The translations under genes and the position numbers were made by a program. Under the pieces are notes generated by a model. The model saw only the letters and a list, made by a program, of their open reading frames with translations. It had not been told where the DNA came from and made no database searches. DNA of 64,000 nucleotides from Candidatus Calditenuis fumarioli (GTDB lineage: Archaea; Thermoproteota; Nitrososphaeria_A; Caldarchaeales; Calditenuaceae), in assembly GCA_030059665.1 (NCBI GenBank), contig JANVYR010000001.1, positions 640,001 to 704,000 on the forward strand, in the 5' to 3' direction. Of this stretch, positions 44,220 to 54,358 are shown piece after piece; positions within the stretch are counted from its first letter, which is position 1; the number at the start of each line of letters is the position of its first letter.

Positions 44220-44771
44220 ATGAGGGAGTTCGATGCGCGAGGGATCAAGCTGAGACTATACACAGGGGACATAACCGTCGAGACCTCGGACGCGATCGTT
44301 GTGCCGGCCAACTCGCTGATGGTAATGGGCGGCGGCGTCGCTGGGGCCGTGAAGAGGGCAGGAGGCTCGTCGATCGAGCAAGAGGCGAGGTCCAAGGCAC
44401 CGGTCGAGGTGGGCCGGGCGGTGGTCACGTCCGCCGGTAGGCTCAGGTGCAGGTACGTCATCCACTCGCCGACGATGGAGAGGCCCTCTGGCGAGACGAG
44501 CCCCGAGAAGGTTTACAGGGCCACGCTGGCGGCGCTGAGGGCGGCCGCGTCGGTCGGCGCGCGGAGCGTCTCGTTTCCCGGCATGGGCACAGGCGTGGGA
44601 GGGCTGGACCCGGTGGTCGCTGGGAGGATGATGGCGAGGGCCGTTCTCGACTTCGCGGAGGAGCGCACGTCCGGCCCCGAGGTCGTCAACTTCGTCGCCC
44701 TCAACGAGGACCTTCTGAAGGGACTGCTCGAGGGGGTCGAACAGGAGTGGAGGTCGCGCAGTACAGGGTAG
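44220..44771 (+). CDS. Macro domain protein (ADP-ribose binding/deacetylase)
   Basis: GDIT, DAIVVPANS, MGGGVAGA, VIHSPT, FPGMGTGVGG. Confidence 0.92.
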   Translation: MREFDARGIKLRLYTGDITVETSDAIVVPANSLMVMGGGVAGAVKRAGGSSIEQEARSKAPVEVGRAVVTSAGRLRCRYVIHSPTMERPSGETSPEKVYRATLAALRAAASVGARSVSFPGMGTGVGGLDPVVAGRMMARAVLDFAEERTSGPEVVNFVALNEDLLKGLLEGVEQEWRSRSTG

Positions 44772-45406
44772 AGGTGGACGAGGAGGTCCGGAGCAAATTC
44801 GAGATACCGACGAGGGCCGTCGTGCTGAGGCGTATCGAGGTCGGCAAAATGCGCAGCGACGATCGCTTCAGGGAAGAGGTCTACGCAGAGGTGAGGAGGA
44901 GGTACACGCTCGACTCGGTGAAGGACGACCCGGTCTTCAGGGCCTACAGGGACTTCTACTGGCGGATCGGGATAGACCCGACGAAGACCAGACCGTCGTC
45001 CGAGGCCCTCGTCCGTAGGATCCTGCTCGGGAAGGGTTTGCCCTCGATCAACCCGCTCGTGGACGTGTGCAATCTCGTCTCGGCGCTCACGGGCGTCACC
45101 TTCTCGGCCTTCGACCTCGACAGGGTCTCTGGAAACGTCAGGCTGACCTGGTCTCGTCACGGAGAGAGGTTCCTCGGGATAGGTACGGGCGAGGTGGAGC
45201 TCACAGGCCGGGAGGTCGTTCTGAGGGACGTGTTGGGCCCCATCTCTATCTACCCCTACCGCGACTCCGAGCGGACCAAGACCACGCCCGAGACCCGGAA
45301 CGTGCTTCTGGTGCTTTGCGGCGTCCCGGGGATACCACTCCACAAGCTCATCGAGGCGGAGAGGATGATGCTGGAGAGGATCGCGGATTCGGCCAGAGCC
45401 GTCTGA
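44747..45406 (+). CDS. B3/4 (PheRS beta editing-like) domain protein
   Basis: AYRDFYWRIGIDPTKTRPSSEALVRR, INPLVDVCN, YPYRDSERT. Confidence 0.88.
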   Translation: MEVAQYRVEVDEEVRSKFEIPTRAVVLRRIEVGKMRSDDRFREEVYAEVRRRYTLDSVKDDPVFRAYRDFYWRIGIDPTKTRPSSEALVRRILLGKGLPSINPLVDVCNLVSALTGVTFSAFDLDRVSGNVRLTWSRHGERFLGIGTGEVELTGREVVLRDVLGPISIYPYRDSERTKTTPETRNVLLVLCGVPGIPLHKLIEAERMMLERIADSARAV

Positions 45407-45525
45407 GTTCTGAACCCGCTCCCCCATCTCTTATTGAGTCCTACACGGAGATCGTGCCCACGCTCATTCACTCGATCAGCGGAAACGACGCTTGTGGCCA
45501 AACTTGAGGTCAAAGTCGAGCCGAG

Positions 45526-45595
45526 TTGCAAAAACATGCAATCAAAATTTTTATACAACTTTAACGGACCGCATAACGTGAAAGAGATTTTCACG
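45526..45595 (+). promoter_or_regulatory. ECF operon promoter: TATA TTTTTATA flanked by two inverted repeats
   Basis: TTGCA-N6-TGCAA 45526-45541; TATA 45548-45555; CGTGAAA-N5-TTTCACG 45577-45595 abutting ATG 45596. Confidence 0.5.
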
Positions 45596-46384
45596 ATGTG
45601 GAGATACACCCAGATGATAACGGCGTTCATCGTGTCCGCGGGGCTCTATGCCGCCCTCCTCTTTGTGTTCGCGGCGTTGCCGATCTGGATCATCCCGGGA
45701 GTCACGGCGGTGAGACCGGGGAACGCGATACCGCCCTTCACGAGCCTGCTCTTCGGACCGGCGGCCGCTTGGGGCTCGGCGGTGGGGAACCTGATAGGAT
45801 TCGACATCCTGGGAGGAGCTCTGACGATAGGGAGCATCGGCGGGTTCATCGGCAACTTCTTCCTCGGCCTGGTTCCGTACAAGATCTGGCACAGGGTCTT
45901 CAGGGAGGAGCCGCACTGCAGGACGCTCTCGAGCCTCCTGAAGTTCGAGTTCGTGATACTGACGCATGCCGGCGTGGTCGCCCTGATCATCCCGCTCTGG
46001 ACCGAGCTGGTGGGATTCGTCCCGTTCACACCGCTGGCCTTCATCATCTTCTTCAACGAGCTGATATCGGCCGGGATAATCTCTCCGATCCTGATGGCGC
46101 TCGTCTACCCGAGGGCTAAGAGGGCCGGCTGGCTCTGGACCGACGTGATGAAGGGTTACCAGTACACACCGACGGAGAGGAAGACGATCCACGTCCTCGG
46201 AGCGATCCTGGTCTTCGTGGCCGGCGTGATCGGCACCTGGGTCACCGTGCTGGTGGGGCTCGGCTTCGGTCAGGCTCTGTTCTTCGGGCCTAACGTCGGG
46301 TTCGCTGGGGCTCCGCTTCTGACGACCGGGGGCGTCTTCGTCCTGATCTTCGCAATAGGGCTTGCCCTGCTCGCGAAGGACTGA
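45596..46384 (+). CDS. ECF transporter substrate-binding (S) component, QueT-like
   Basis: AGLYAAL, VRPGNA, LFGPAAAWGSAVGNLI; multiple TMs; heads ECF operon. Confidence 0.8.
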   Translation: MWRYTQMITAFIVSAGLYAALLFVFAALPIWIIPGVTAVRPGNAIPPFTSLLFGPAAAWGSAVGNLIGFDILGGALTIGSIGGFIGNFFLGLVPYKIWHRVFREEPHCRTLSSLLKFEFVILTHAGVVALIIPLWTELVGFVPFTPLAFIIFFNELISAGIISPILMALVYPRAKRAGWLWTDVMKGYQYTPTERKTIHVLGAILVFVAGVIGTWVTVLVGLGFGQALFFGPNVGFAGAPLLTTGGVFVLIFAIGLALLAKD

Positions 46385-46442
46385 GGGTCCGCGCGGTTCC
46401 TCAGTTCAACGATAAGAGTTCCCTCTCCCAATTTTCTGCAAG

Positions 46443-48122
46443 TTGGGCACCATCGCCGAGGCGAGGGACGTCTGGGTGAAGTACAGGGGAGGCACCGACT
46501 ACGCCCTGAAGGGGGTCAGCCTCAAGGTCTCCGAGGGTGAGGTGGTGGCCGTCATAGGGCCGACAGGTGCTGGGAAGACGACGCTCTGCAAGGTCCTCTC
46601 AGGCATCATCCCCAACTTCGGCGCCTACGACGAGTTCAGGGGCGAGGTCCTGGTGGACGGAGTGAGCACCGCGGGGAGGCGCGTCGGAGAGATCAGCAGG
46701 TCCTGTGCAATGGTCTTTCAGGACTACGAGTCGCAGCTCTTCCGGACCACCGTGGAGCTCGAGGTGGCCTTCGGTCCCGAGAACCTCTGCCTGCCGAGGG
46801 AGGAGATCGCCAGCAGGGTGAGGAGGTGTCTGGAGCTCGTCGGGCTCACGGGACTGGAGAAGAGGTACTCGTTCGCGCTGAGCGGCGGTCAGAAGCAGAG
46901 GCTCGCCATCGCCTCGATGCTCTCGATGCAGCCTAAGCTGCTGATCCTGGACGAGGCCACGAGCGACCTGGACCCGAGGGGGAAGAGGGAGGTCTACTCG
47001 GTGGTCAGGAGGCTCCTCGATGAGGGTGCGATAAGGTCGCTGGTGATGGTGGACCACCACCTCGAGAGGGTCGCCGAGTTCGCGGACAGGACTGTTCTCA
47101 TGGACTCGGGCCGCATCGTTCTGGAGGGCGATACCGAGGATGTGCTCAGCGAGGTCGACCTGCTCAGGAAACTCGGCCTGAATCCGCCGGAGCCGGCCGC
47201 GCTCCTCCACGACCTCGGAGTCGATTCGAGGCCGCTTCCGATGACGGTCGAAGGTGCCCTCGAGAGGATGCCTCCCATCAGGAAGTACAGGGAGCCGGTG
47301 GACGGGGAGAGGGCGGGCAGCGATCCGGTGGTTGAGGTGGACGACGTCTGGTTCGCCTACCCCGGCGGCGACTGGGCCCTGAGGGGCGTCAAGCTCACGG
47401 TCCACAGAGGCGAGATGGTCGGGCTGATAGGCCAGAACGGGAGCGGCAAGACCACGCTCGCGCAGACGATCATGGGGATCCTCAGGCCCGCGAGGGGCAC
47501 CATACGCCTCTTCGGGGAGGACGCGACCTCGATGGAGCTGATGGAAAGGGCGAGGACCGTCGGTTACGTCTTCCAGAACCCCGACTACCAGATATTCACC
47601 AAGAGCGTCTACGACGAGATAGCCTACGGCCTGAGGGCAAGGGGGATGCCCGAGGAGGAGGTGAGGAGGAGGGTGGAGGAAGTTGCGAGGATGGTGGGCC
47701 TCACGGGGCTCCTCGAGGAGGACCCGTTCTTCCTGCCCAAGGCCCACAGGCAGAGGGTGGCGGTGGCCTCGGTCCTGGCACTGAACCCGAAGCTGGTGAT
47801 CCTGGACGAGCCAAGCACCGGTCTCTCACCCGGCGAGACAAGGGCCATGATGGACCTCGCGAGGGACCTGAACAGCAAGGGGACAACGTTCGTCGTGATA
47901 ACGCACGAGATGTGGGTCGTTGCGGAGTACTGCAACAGGGTGGTGCTGATGTCCGAGGGGAGGGTGGTGCTCGACGCTCCAACGAGGACCGCATTCGCAA
48001 TGGGAGACCTCATCAGGGGTTACGAGATCGAGCCTCCCGCGGTTGTGGAGATCTCTAAGCGGCTCTTCGGCACTCCCTTCCTCACGATCAAAGAGTTCGT
48101 CGAGTCGGTGGAGGTGGGCTGA
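46443..48122 (+). CDS. ECF transporter dual-domain ATPase
   Basis: Two ABC domains: GPTGAGKTT, FQDYESQLF, LSGGQKQR; GQNGSGKTT, FQNPDYQIF, LDEPSTG. Confidence 0.93.
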   Translation: MGTIAEARDVWVKYRGGTDYALKGVSLKVSEGEVVAVIGPTGAGKTTLCKVLSGIIPNFGAYDEFRGEVLVDGVSTAGRRVGEISRSCAMVFQDYESQLFRTTVELEVAFGPENLCLPREEIASRVRRCLELVGLTGLEKRYSFALSGGQKQRLAIASMLSMQPKLLILDEATSDLDPRGKREVYSVVRRLLDEGAIRSLVMVDHHLERVAEFADRTVLMDSGRIVLEGDTEDVLSEVDLLRKLGLNPPEPAALLHDLGVDSRPLPMTVEGALERMPPIRKYREPVDGERAGSDPVVEVDDVWFAYPGGDWALRGVKLTVHRGEMVGLIGQNGSGKTTLAQTIMGILRPARGTIRLFGEDATSMELMERARTVGYVFQNPDYQIFTKSVYDEIAYGLRARGMPEEEVRRRVEEVARMVGLTGLLEEDPFFLPKAHRQRVAVASVLALNPKLVILDEPSTGLSPGETRAMMDLARDLNSKGTTFVVITHEMWVVAEYCNRVVLMSEGRVVLDAPTRTAFAMGDLIRGYEIEPPAVVEISKRLFGTPFLTIKEFVESVEVG

Positions 48123-48919
48123 TGCCGGAGTACGTCCTTTACGTCGATCGCAAATCATTCTTCCACGGCCTCGATCCCAGGTCGAAGCTTCTCTTCGTGG
48201 TGTGCGTCTTCATATGGTCCTCGGTCTTCAACCACCCGCTTTACACGGGCATCGTGCTGGCGGCCGTTCTGACGATGGTATTCGCGTCCGGTGTCGCTTC
48301 CAGACTCAAGCTCTTCTGGTTCGGCCTCCTCTCGCTCGCCGTCATGAGCCTCGTCCTCTGGCCCCTCTTCAGGAGGGGAGGGAAGACGCCGTTCGTTGAT
48401 GTGATGGGCTTCGTGGTGACCCAGGAGTCGCTGCTGTACGCTCTTGCGGTTGCCTTCAGGCTTGTGGCGATGGTCCTCTCGGGACTTTTGCTGCTGACCA
48501 CCACGAAGATCGAGGAGCTGGAGCTGGCCTTCACGAAGCTCGGCCTTCCCTTCCCCGTGGCCTTCGGCTTCTCAGCGGTCTTCAGGTTCATCCCGACGAT
48601 GGTGGGAGACGGATTGACGGTCCTCGCAGCCCAGCAGTGCAGGGGCGTCAACGTGGCCAGAGGCAGCGTCTTCAGCCGCCTCAGGAACTCCGCGGCCATC
48701 ATCGTTCCACTCTTCATCACCACGATGAGGAGGTTCAACGAGCTCCCCATGGCTATCGAGTCGAGGGGTTTCGTCCCTATGGGAAGGAGGACGTTCTTGC
48801 TTGAGCTGCGGTTCAGGAAGAGGGACGTTGCGTTCTCGTCCGTCGTGCTCTTCCTCGCGGTCCTGAGCGTTTACCTCCGCCTCAACGGATACGGAGCTAT
48901 TTTCCCGGAGGTGATATGA
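48122..48919 (+). CDS. ECF transporter transmembrane (T) component
   Basis: LDPRSKL, RFIP, AQQCRG, AIESRGF. Confidence 0.92.
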   Translation: MPEYVLYVDRKSFFHGLDPRSKLLFVVCVFIWSSVFNHPLYTGIVLAAVLTMVFASGVASRLKLFWFGLLSLAVMSLVLWPLFRRGGKTPFVDVMGFVVTQESLLYALAVAFRLVAMVLSGLLLLTTTKIEELELAFTKLGLPFPVAFGFSAVFRFIPTMVGDGLTVLAAQQCRGVNVARGSVFSRLRNSAAIIVPLFITTMRRFNELPMAIESRGFVPMGRRTFLLELRFRKRDVAFSSVVLFLAVLSVYLRLNGYGAIFPEVI

Positions 48920-48923
48920 AGTT

Positions 48924-49883
48924 ATGGTGAGGTGCAGGGCACTGTACTTCGATGGAACCTCGTTGAGGCTGATAGATGACCACGTGGTGGAGCGCGGCAA
49001 TGAGGTGCTGGTGCGCGTGAGGTACGCAGGCATCTGCGGAACTGATCTCCAGATCCTGCGGGGCTACGCTGGCTTCAGGGGCGTTCCGGGGCACGAGTTC
49101 GTCGGGGTGGTTAAGGAGGCAGACGACCCGAACCTCATCGGGAGGAGGGTTGTCGGTGAGATCAACGTGGCGTGCGGGAAATGCGACATGTGCTCGATCG
49201 GCCTGAGGAGGCACTGCCGCAATAGGACTGTCCTCGGCATCGCAGGACGTCACGGTTCCTTCTCCGAGTACCTGAAGCTTCCTCCAGAGAACCTGCACCC
49301 AGTACCGGACGGTGTGACCGATGAGGAGGCGGTCTTCGTCGAGCCCCTGGCAGCGGCCCTCGAGATCTCCGAGCAGCTTCACATCGAGCCGACGTTCAGG
49401 GCAGCGGTCGTGGGCGACGGCAGGCTAGCTAACCTGATCGCGCAGGTTCTCAGGTACCGCGTTCAGGAGCTCAGGGTCTTCGGTAGACACGAGAGGAAGC
49501 TCCGCCTTCTGGAGGAGCTGGGGATCGAGGTCGCCCTCTCGGTCTCGGAGGAGGACAGGGCCAAGTACGACCTGGTAGTCGAGGCAACCGGGAGGGACTC
49601 GGGGCTGAAGACCGCCATCGAGCTCGTCAGGCCCCGGGGGACCGTAGTCCTCAAGTCCACCATCGCAGGCGAGTACAGGATAGATCTGGCACCGGTCGTG
49701 GTCAACGAGATAAGGCTGGTCGGATCGAGGTGCGGCCAGTTCCCTCCGGCCATCACTGCGCTAAGGCAGAAGCTCGTCGACGTCAGGAGGCTGATCGACG
49801 GGATCTACCCGCTCGAGTCGTACCTCGAGGCCTTCGAGGCCGCCTCCTCACCCGGGACGATGAAGGTGCTCCTGAAACCCTGA
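48924..49883 (+). CDS. Zn-dependent medium-chain alcohol dehydrogenase family
   Basis: GICGTD, GHEFVG, CGKCDMC...HC, EPLAAA, GDGRLA. Confidence 0.92.
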   Translation: MVRCRALYFDGTSLRLIDDHVVERGNEVLVRVRYAGICGTDLQILRGYAGFRGVPGHEFVGVVKEADDPNLIGRRVVGEINVACGKCDMCSIGLRRHCRNRTVLGIAGRHGSFSEYLKLPPENLHPVPDGVTDEEAVFVEPLAAALEISEQLHIEPTFRAAVVGDGRLANLIAQVLRYRVQELRVFGRHERKLRLLEELGIEVALSVSEEDRAKYDLVVEATGRDSGLKTAIELVRPRGTVVLKSTIAGEYRIDLAPVVVNEIRLVGSRCGQFPPAITALRQKLVDVRRLIDGIYPLESYLEAFEAASSPGTMKVLLKP

Positions 49884-49898
49884 AGGGGTTAGAGACCG

Positions 49899-51074
49899 CT
49901 AATCGATCGAGTAGATCGTGACGTAGGCGTAGTGCCCGGTACCTCCGACGTTGTGGGTCAGCGCCACGCCGTTCCGTATGTCGGCCTGTCTCCCGTTCTC
50001 CGCACGCCTCGTCAGCTGCTTGACGGCCTCCACCGCCATCCCCACCCCGGTCGCGCCGATCGGGTGGCCCTTCGCCTTGAGGCCGCCGTCGAGGTTGACC
50101 GGTATCAGGCCGCCGATGTAGGTCTGGTCCTCGCGGAGGAGCATGTAGCCCTCTCCCCTCCGGGCGAATCCCAGGTCCTCGTACGCCAGGATCTCCGCTA
50201 TCGAGAAGCAGTCGTGGACGGTCGCCACGTCTATCTGCTTGTAGGGCCGGTCGTGGTCTATCCCCGCCTTCTTGTATGCGGCCCTCGCGGCCCTGTAGGC
50301 CGCCTCGAGCCCGAGGAAGTCGGGCCTCTTGGAGAGGTTGGCGGTTCCGCTGGCGTGGCCGATGGCCCTTATCCACACGGGAGAGTCGGTCAGCTTCCTC
50401 GCAACTTCCTCTGACGCGAGGACCACAGCGGCCGCTCCGTCGGTGATCGGCGAGCACTCAAGAAGCTTCAGGGGCCATGCGATGTACCGGGAAGAGAGCA
50501 CCTCCTCCAGCGTGACCTTGCGCTGGAACTGCGCCTTCGGGTTGAGCGAGCCGTAATAATGGTTCTTCACGGCAACGCGGGCTATGTCCTCCTCGGTGGC
50601 TCCGTAGGCGTCCATGTAGGCGGTGGCGTAGAGCGCGTAGTAGCCCGGGAAGGTGAGGCCGAAGTTCTCGAACTCCCAGAAGTAGTTCCCCGCACGGCCG
50701 ATCAGCTCCACCACGTTCGGCGTAGGAGACTCGTTCATCCGCTCAACGCCCAAAGCCATCGCGATGTCGGCGGCGCCGGAGGCGACTGCGTCGTGGGCGA
50801 TCTTGATGGCGGCGCTCCCGGAGGCACAGGCGGCCTCCACCCTGAGCAGACCCGGTGAGTCGAGACCGAGGTACTCCGAGACGACAACGGCCGGTAGGGA
50901 CTCGGAGCTCCAACCCGCCACGTTTCCGACCGCGACGAACTGGACCTCACCGGGCTCCACGCCAGCGTCCCTGAGCGCCTCCCTTCCTGCCTCGAAGGCC
51001 AGCTCCTGCAGGGTCCTGTCGGAGGCCCTTCCGAACCTCGTAATTCCAATGCCTACAACAGCAACCCTCCTCAA
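49899..51074 (-). CDS. Thiolase family protein (archaeal acetyl-CoA acetyltransferase type)
   Basis: EAACASG, KNHYYG, CSPITDGAAA, HDCF, GGLKAKGHPIGATG, HNVGG. Confidence 0.93.
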   Translation of the reverse strand: MRRVAVVGIGITRFGRASDRTLQELAFEAGREALRDAGVEPGEVQFVAVGNVAGWSSESLPAVVVSEYLGLDSPGLLRVEAACASGSAAIKIAHDAVASGAADIAMALGVERMNESPTPNVVELIGRAGNYFWEFENFGLTFPGYYALYATAYMDAYGATEEDIARVAVKNHYYGSLNPKAQFQRKVTLEEVLSSRYIAWPLKLLECSPITDGAAAVVLASEEVARKLTDSPVWIRAIGHASGTANLSKRPDFLGLEAAYRAARAAYKKAGIDHDRPYKQIDVATVHDCFSIAEILAYEDLGFARRGEGYMLLREDQTYIGGLIPVNLDGGLKAKGHPIGATGVGMAVEAVKQLTRRAENGRQADIRNGVALTHNVGGTGHYAYVTIYSID

Positions 51075-51116
51075 TACCGTTCAATAAACCACCGTTAGGC
51101 AATCTGATAAGTCTTA

Positions 51117-51863
51117 GTGGACGGCACCGGACCGGTGGGAAAGGGTTACGTGATCGCCGGTCAGCGGAGGGCGGGGTTGCTCGGCTGCGCGGTCTTCGAC
51201 CTGGACGGAACGCTGGTGGAGTTCCCACACGAGTGGATCAGGAGGGCGAAGGCGTGCACCGTCGAGAAGCTGATCGACGCGGGCTTCAAGGTCCCGGATG
51301 TTCCTCTGACGAGGCCCCTCTCCGAGATAATGGGGAGGATGGTCAGCCTCAACGGGCCCGATTCTGAGGATGAGATCTACCGGATCGTGGACTCCACGTT
51401 CAGGGAGTTCGAGCTCAGGGCTGCGATGGAGGCCAGGGTCAGGGAGGGAGCTGCGGAGCTGCTGGAGTCGGTGAGGCGGGAGGCCCGAGTCGCGGTGGCC
51501 ACCAACAACTCGAGGGAGGCTGCGTTGAGGTCGCTCCAGGTCGCTGGCCTCAGCGGGTACGTGAGCGTGGTGGTCTCAAGGGACGAGGTGGATCGGATGA
51601 AGCCGGACCCCCAGATGGTCATCAAGGCCGTGAGGGAGTGCAGGTCTCCCCTGAACGGTGCTGTTCACGTGGGTGACTCGTACGTCGACGTCGTCGCCGC
51701 GCGGAGCACCGGCGTCCTCTCCATCGCGGTGCTGGGCGGCGTTTCGAACCTCGAGGAGCTGGTGAGACACAGGCCCCACATAATCGCGAGGGACCTGAAC
51801 GAGGTGAGAATGACGCTGGAGTCGATGATGCTGGGCAGACGCCCACTGGTCCGAAGCGGTTGA
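51117..51863 (+). CDS. HAD hydrolase (phosphoglycolate phosphatase-like); start uncertain
   Basis: VFDLDGTLV, ATNN, KPDP, HVGDS. Confidence 0.88.
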   Translation: MDGTGPVGKGYVIAGQRRAGLLGCAVFDLDGTLVEFPHEWIRRAKACTVEKLIDAGFKVPDVPLTRPLSEIMGRMVSLNGPDSEDEIYRIVDSTFREFELRAAMEARVREGAAELLESVRREARVAVATNNSREAALRSLQVAGLSGYVSVVVSRDEVDRMKPDPQMVIKAVRECRSPLNGAVHVGDSYVDVVAARSTGVLSIAVLGGVSNLEELVRHRPHIIARDLNEVRMTLESMMLGRRPLVRSG

Positions 51864-51904
51864 GACGGATGACACTTATTGCCTCCTATTGAGAGGTCGT
51901 CTCG

Positions 51905-52687
51905 GTGCGCAGGTCGAGGTACGTCGCACCTCCGCTGCTCGCGCTGGCGCTGCTACTGCTCTTCCTGCTGATGCCCATGCGGGAGGCCGGATCAGGCCAG
52001 CTCCTCGAGATCGAGCAGCTCATCTCCGTCCCGGGAACGGGCGAACCGAACAGGGTGACCGTCAGGGTGGTCGTCCTCCACTCGGTCGACTGGGGGCCTC
52101 CGAGGAGGGCGAGGTTCGCTGAGGCGGTGGTGATGGTGGGGAGCGAGGTCCGGAGGGTCTCCTTCAACGGCGAGGCGGTCTTCCAGGTCCGGGTTGGGAA
52201 CCACACCGTCTCGGTTTACTGGGCCGACGGCCGGTTCCCCGCCTTCAGGACCAGCGTCCAGGTCCAGCAGGACACCGAGGTGACCGTCCAGTTCACAGAG
52301 CTGAGGGTCAGACCCCAGGCCATCGAGGTGGTGGCCGATCGGCAGATGGGGAGGAGCCTCGTGACGGTAACGGCAGTGGCCCCCGTGAGCGGTGACTTCT
52401 ACGTCGCAACGCCCGTGATAAGGTACGTCGATTGGGAGGGCGAGGTGCTGGTACACCCGTTCATGACCAGGGCCGATCTGGTCTCGGTCATGCCCTACTC
52501 ACTTGACCGGTCGAGGCTTGCGGCCAGCGCTGATGAGGAGACGGGCCTCGGGGACGCCGCCATCGACGCCCAATCCAACGTCATCAGGATCGAGACCACG
52601 GTTCAGGACGTTATCGCTGCGGTGCTGGAGGGGAGCTACGTCCCGGTCCTGGTGATGAACCACACGGTGAGGGCCGTTGCTCGCTGA
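51905..52687 (+). CDS. Hypothetical membrane-anchored/secreted beta-rich protein
   Basis: N-terminal hydrophobic segment; host-like codon use. Confidence 0.6.
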   Translation: MRRSRYVAPPLLALALLLLFLLMPMREAGSGQLLEIEQLISVPGTGEPNRVTVRVVVLHSVDWGPPRRARFAEAVVMVGSEVRRVSFNGEAVFQVRVGNHTVSVYWADGRFPAFRTSVQVQQDTEVTVQFTELRVRPQAIEVVADRQMGRSLVTVTAVAPVSGDFYVATPVIRYVDWEGEVLVHPFMTRADLVSVMPYSLDRSRLAASADEETGLGDAAIDAQSNVIRIETTVQDVIAAVLEGSYVPVLVMNHTVRAVAR

Positions 52688-53141
52688 GGAGCTCCTTTAC
52701 AGCCCTCTCTTCCTCATTGCGGTCAACGCCGCTCTTGCGGCCGGAATAGTGCTGGCGGTCAGGCGCTTGAGGTCGGCTGCGAACCAGCAGGTCGAGCAGG
52801 TCCGGGATCCGCACGAGAGGCTGAGGTCCGCGATCCGTGCGGAGGTCAGGGACCCCTCAGAGTACGTGATCGGTGTGGGTAGGGCGCTGATGGGAGAGCT
52901 CCTCGAAATCCGTGAGCTCGGGCTGAGCAGGTCCAGCACCTTCAGGGAGGCCCTCGACGCGCTGGCCTCACACCTCGGTCAACTGGACGGTCTCGATGAG
53001 TTCGCGATGACCTTCGAGAGGGTCAGGTACGGAGGCGAGGTGCCGAGCGGGGAGGAGCTGGAGAGGTACAGGGCTACTGCGCTGGCGATCCTCGAGGCCC
53101 TCGATCGAAGAGCTCCGATGAGACCCTCCAGAGCTCGTTGA
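52677..53141 (+). CDS. DUF4129-like membrane protein
   Basis: TM helix then STFREA...FERVRYGG. Confidence 0.65.
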   Translation: MLAEELLYSPLFLIAVNAALAAGIVLAVRRLRSAANQQVEQVRDPHERLRSAIRAEVRDPSEYVIGVGRALMGELLEIRELGLSRSSTFREALDALASHLGQLDGLDEFAMTFERVRYGGEVPSGEELERYRATALAILEALDRRAPMRPSRAR

Positions 53142-54060
53142 TGGCCCTCCTCGGATACGGTCCAAGGGGGCCGCCGAAGACGATCCCGTCTAGGAATCGG
53201 ACCGGAAGCTCCGAGAGGGACCTCCTTACGTCAGCGGCGTTACCTGATACCGAGAGGGCGAGGGCCAGGTCGTCCGGCAGGACCTCGTGGATCCTCAGCC
53301 AGTCCCCTTTCGAGACCGCGTCGCTGAGCCTCGTCAGGAGGCCCTCTTCAACGCCCAACCGCTCACGCCAGGTTTGTGGCATGCCGAGCAGGACCACGGC
53401 CACGTACGGCTTCACGGTCTTGACCGCCTTGGCCCTCTCCTCATGTAGCGAAGTCAGCACCTCCGCCTCCACCGCGAAGCCTTCCCTACCCGCCGAGGTC
53501 GCGGCGTCACGGGCCCTCCTCGCCGACTCCTCGAGGAACGGAAGGTTGGCCGAGTTGATCAGGACACCGTCACCGACCTTACCCGCGAGCTCCAGCATCC
53601 GCTTCCCCTGAGCGGCCAAGTAGATCGGAACGGTGCCGCGCGGCCTGAAGTCGAGCCTCAGGTGGCCCTCAGTCCTCGAGCCCGTGAGGAGCGTCCTGAC
53701 CGTCACCACAGCCTCCTCCACCCTCCTCAAGGGATCGACCCAGCCGAGGCCCATCGCTTTGAGCGAGACAGGGTCTCCGGCCCCTATCGAGAGCGCCACG
53801 CGGCCCGGAGCGAGTTCCGTCAGGCTCGCGGCGAACTGCGCCATCAGCGCAGGACTGAAGGCGTAGGGGTTGAGCACGCCCATCCCGATTCGCAGAACCC
53901 TGGTCCTCAGCGCGAGGTAGGTCGCGGCCACGACGGAGGACCTGTTGAAGTGGTGCTCGCTGAGCCAGACGGCGTCGTAACCGAGGCGCTCCGCGGTGAC
54001 CGCGTAGACCCTCATCCTCCAGAACGGGTCCTTCGGAACCAGCTCGATCGAGAGCCTCAA
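53074..54060 (-). CDS. Luciferase-like monooxygenase class, Mer-like F420-dependent oxidoreductase
   Basis: AERLGYDAVWLSEH, IGMGVLNPY, LSIGAGD, IYLAAQGKRML, GDGVLIN. Confidence 0.85.
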   Translation of the reverse strand: MRLSIELVPKDPFWRMRVYAVTAERLGYDAVWLSEHHFNRSSVVAATYLALRTRVLRIGMGVLNPYAFSPALMAQFAASLTELAPGRVALSIGAGDPVSLKAMGLGWVDPLRRVEEAVVTVRTLLTGSRTEGHLRLDFRPRGTVPIYLAAQGKRMLELAGKVGDGVLINSANLPFLEESARRARDAATSAGREGFAVEAEVLTSLHEERAKAVKTVKPYVAVVLLGMPQTWRERLGVEEGLLTRLSDAVSKGDWLRIHEVLPDDLALALSVSGNAADVRRSLSELPVRFLDGIVFGGPLGPYPRRAINELWRVSSELFDRGPRGSPAQ

Positions 54061-54320
54061 ACCTCCAGCCCTCGCCTCCTCAGGACTTCCCTGAACTTCT
54101 CGGGCTCCGTCCTCATCGCGAGCTCGCAGAGGAACTTGAACCCATCAGCGTCGTGGAGGGCCCCTCTCTCGTAGAGGTCGGCGAGCCTCTCTCCCTCTCC
54201 CGGATCGATCAGGTGATGGTTGTAGGTCGTCAGCGCAACGTCCAGGAGGTCCTCGACCAGCTCCCCGAAGTCAGACCTTCCCCTTACGGCCTCGTAGAGC
54301 CCGATCGGGTCCATCCTCAA
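54057..54320 (-). CDS. Hypothetical protein
   Basis: 87-aa ORF overlapping the Mer-like start; host-like codon use. Confidence 0.6.
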   Translation of the reverse strand: MRMDPIGLYEAVRGRSDFGELVEDLLDVALTTYNHHLIDPGEGERLADLYERGALHDADGFKFLCELAMRTEPEKFREVLRRRGLEV

Positions 54321-54358
54321 TCATCTGAACCGATGCAATATTTAGGGGACCGGTTGCG

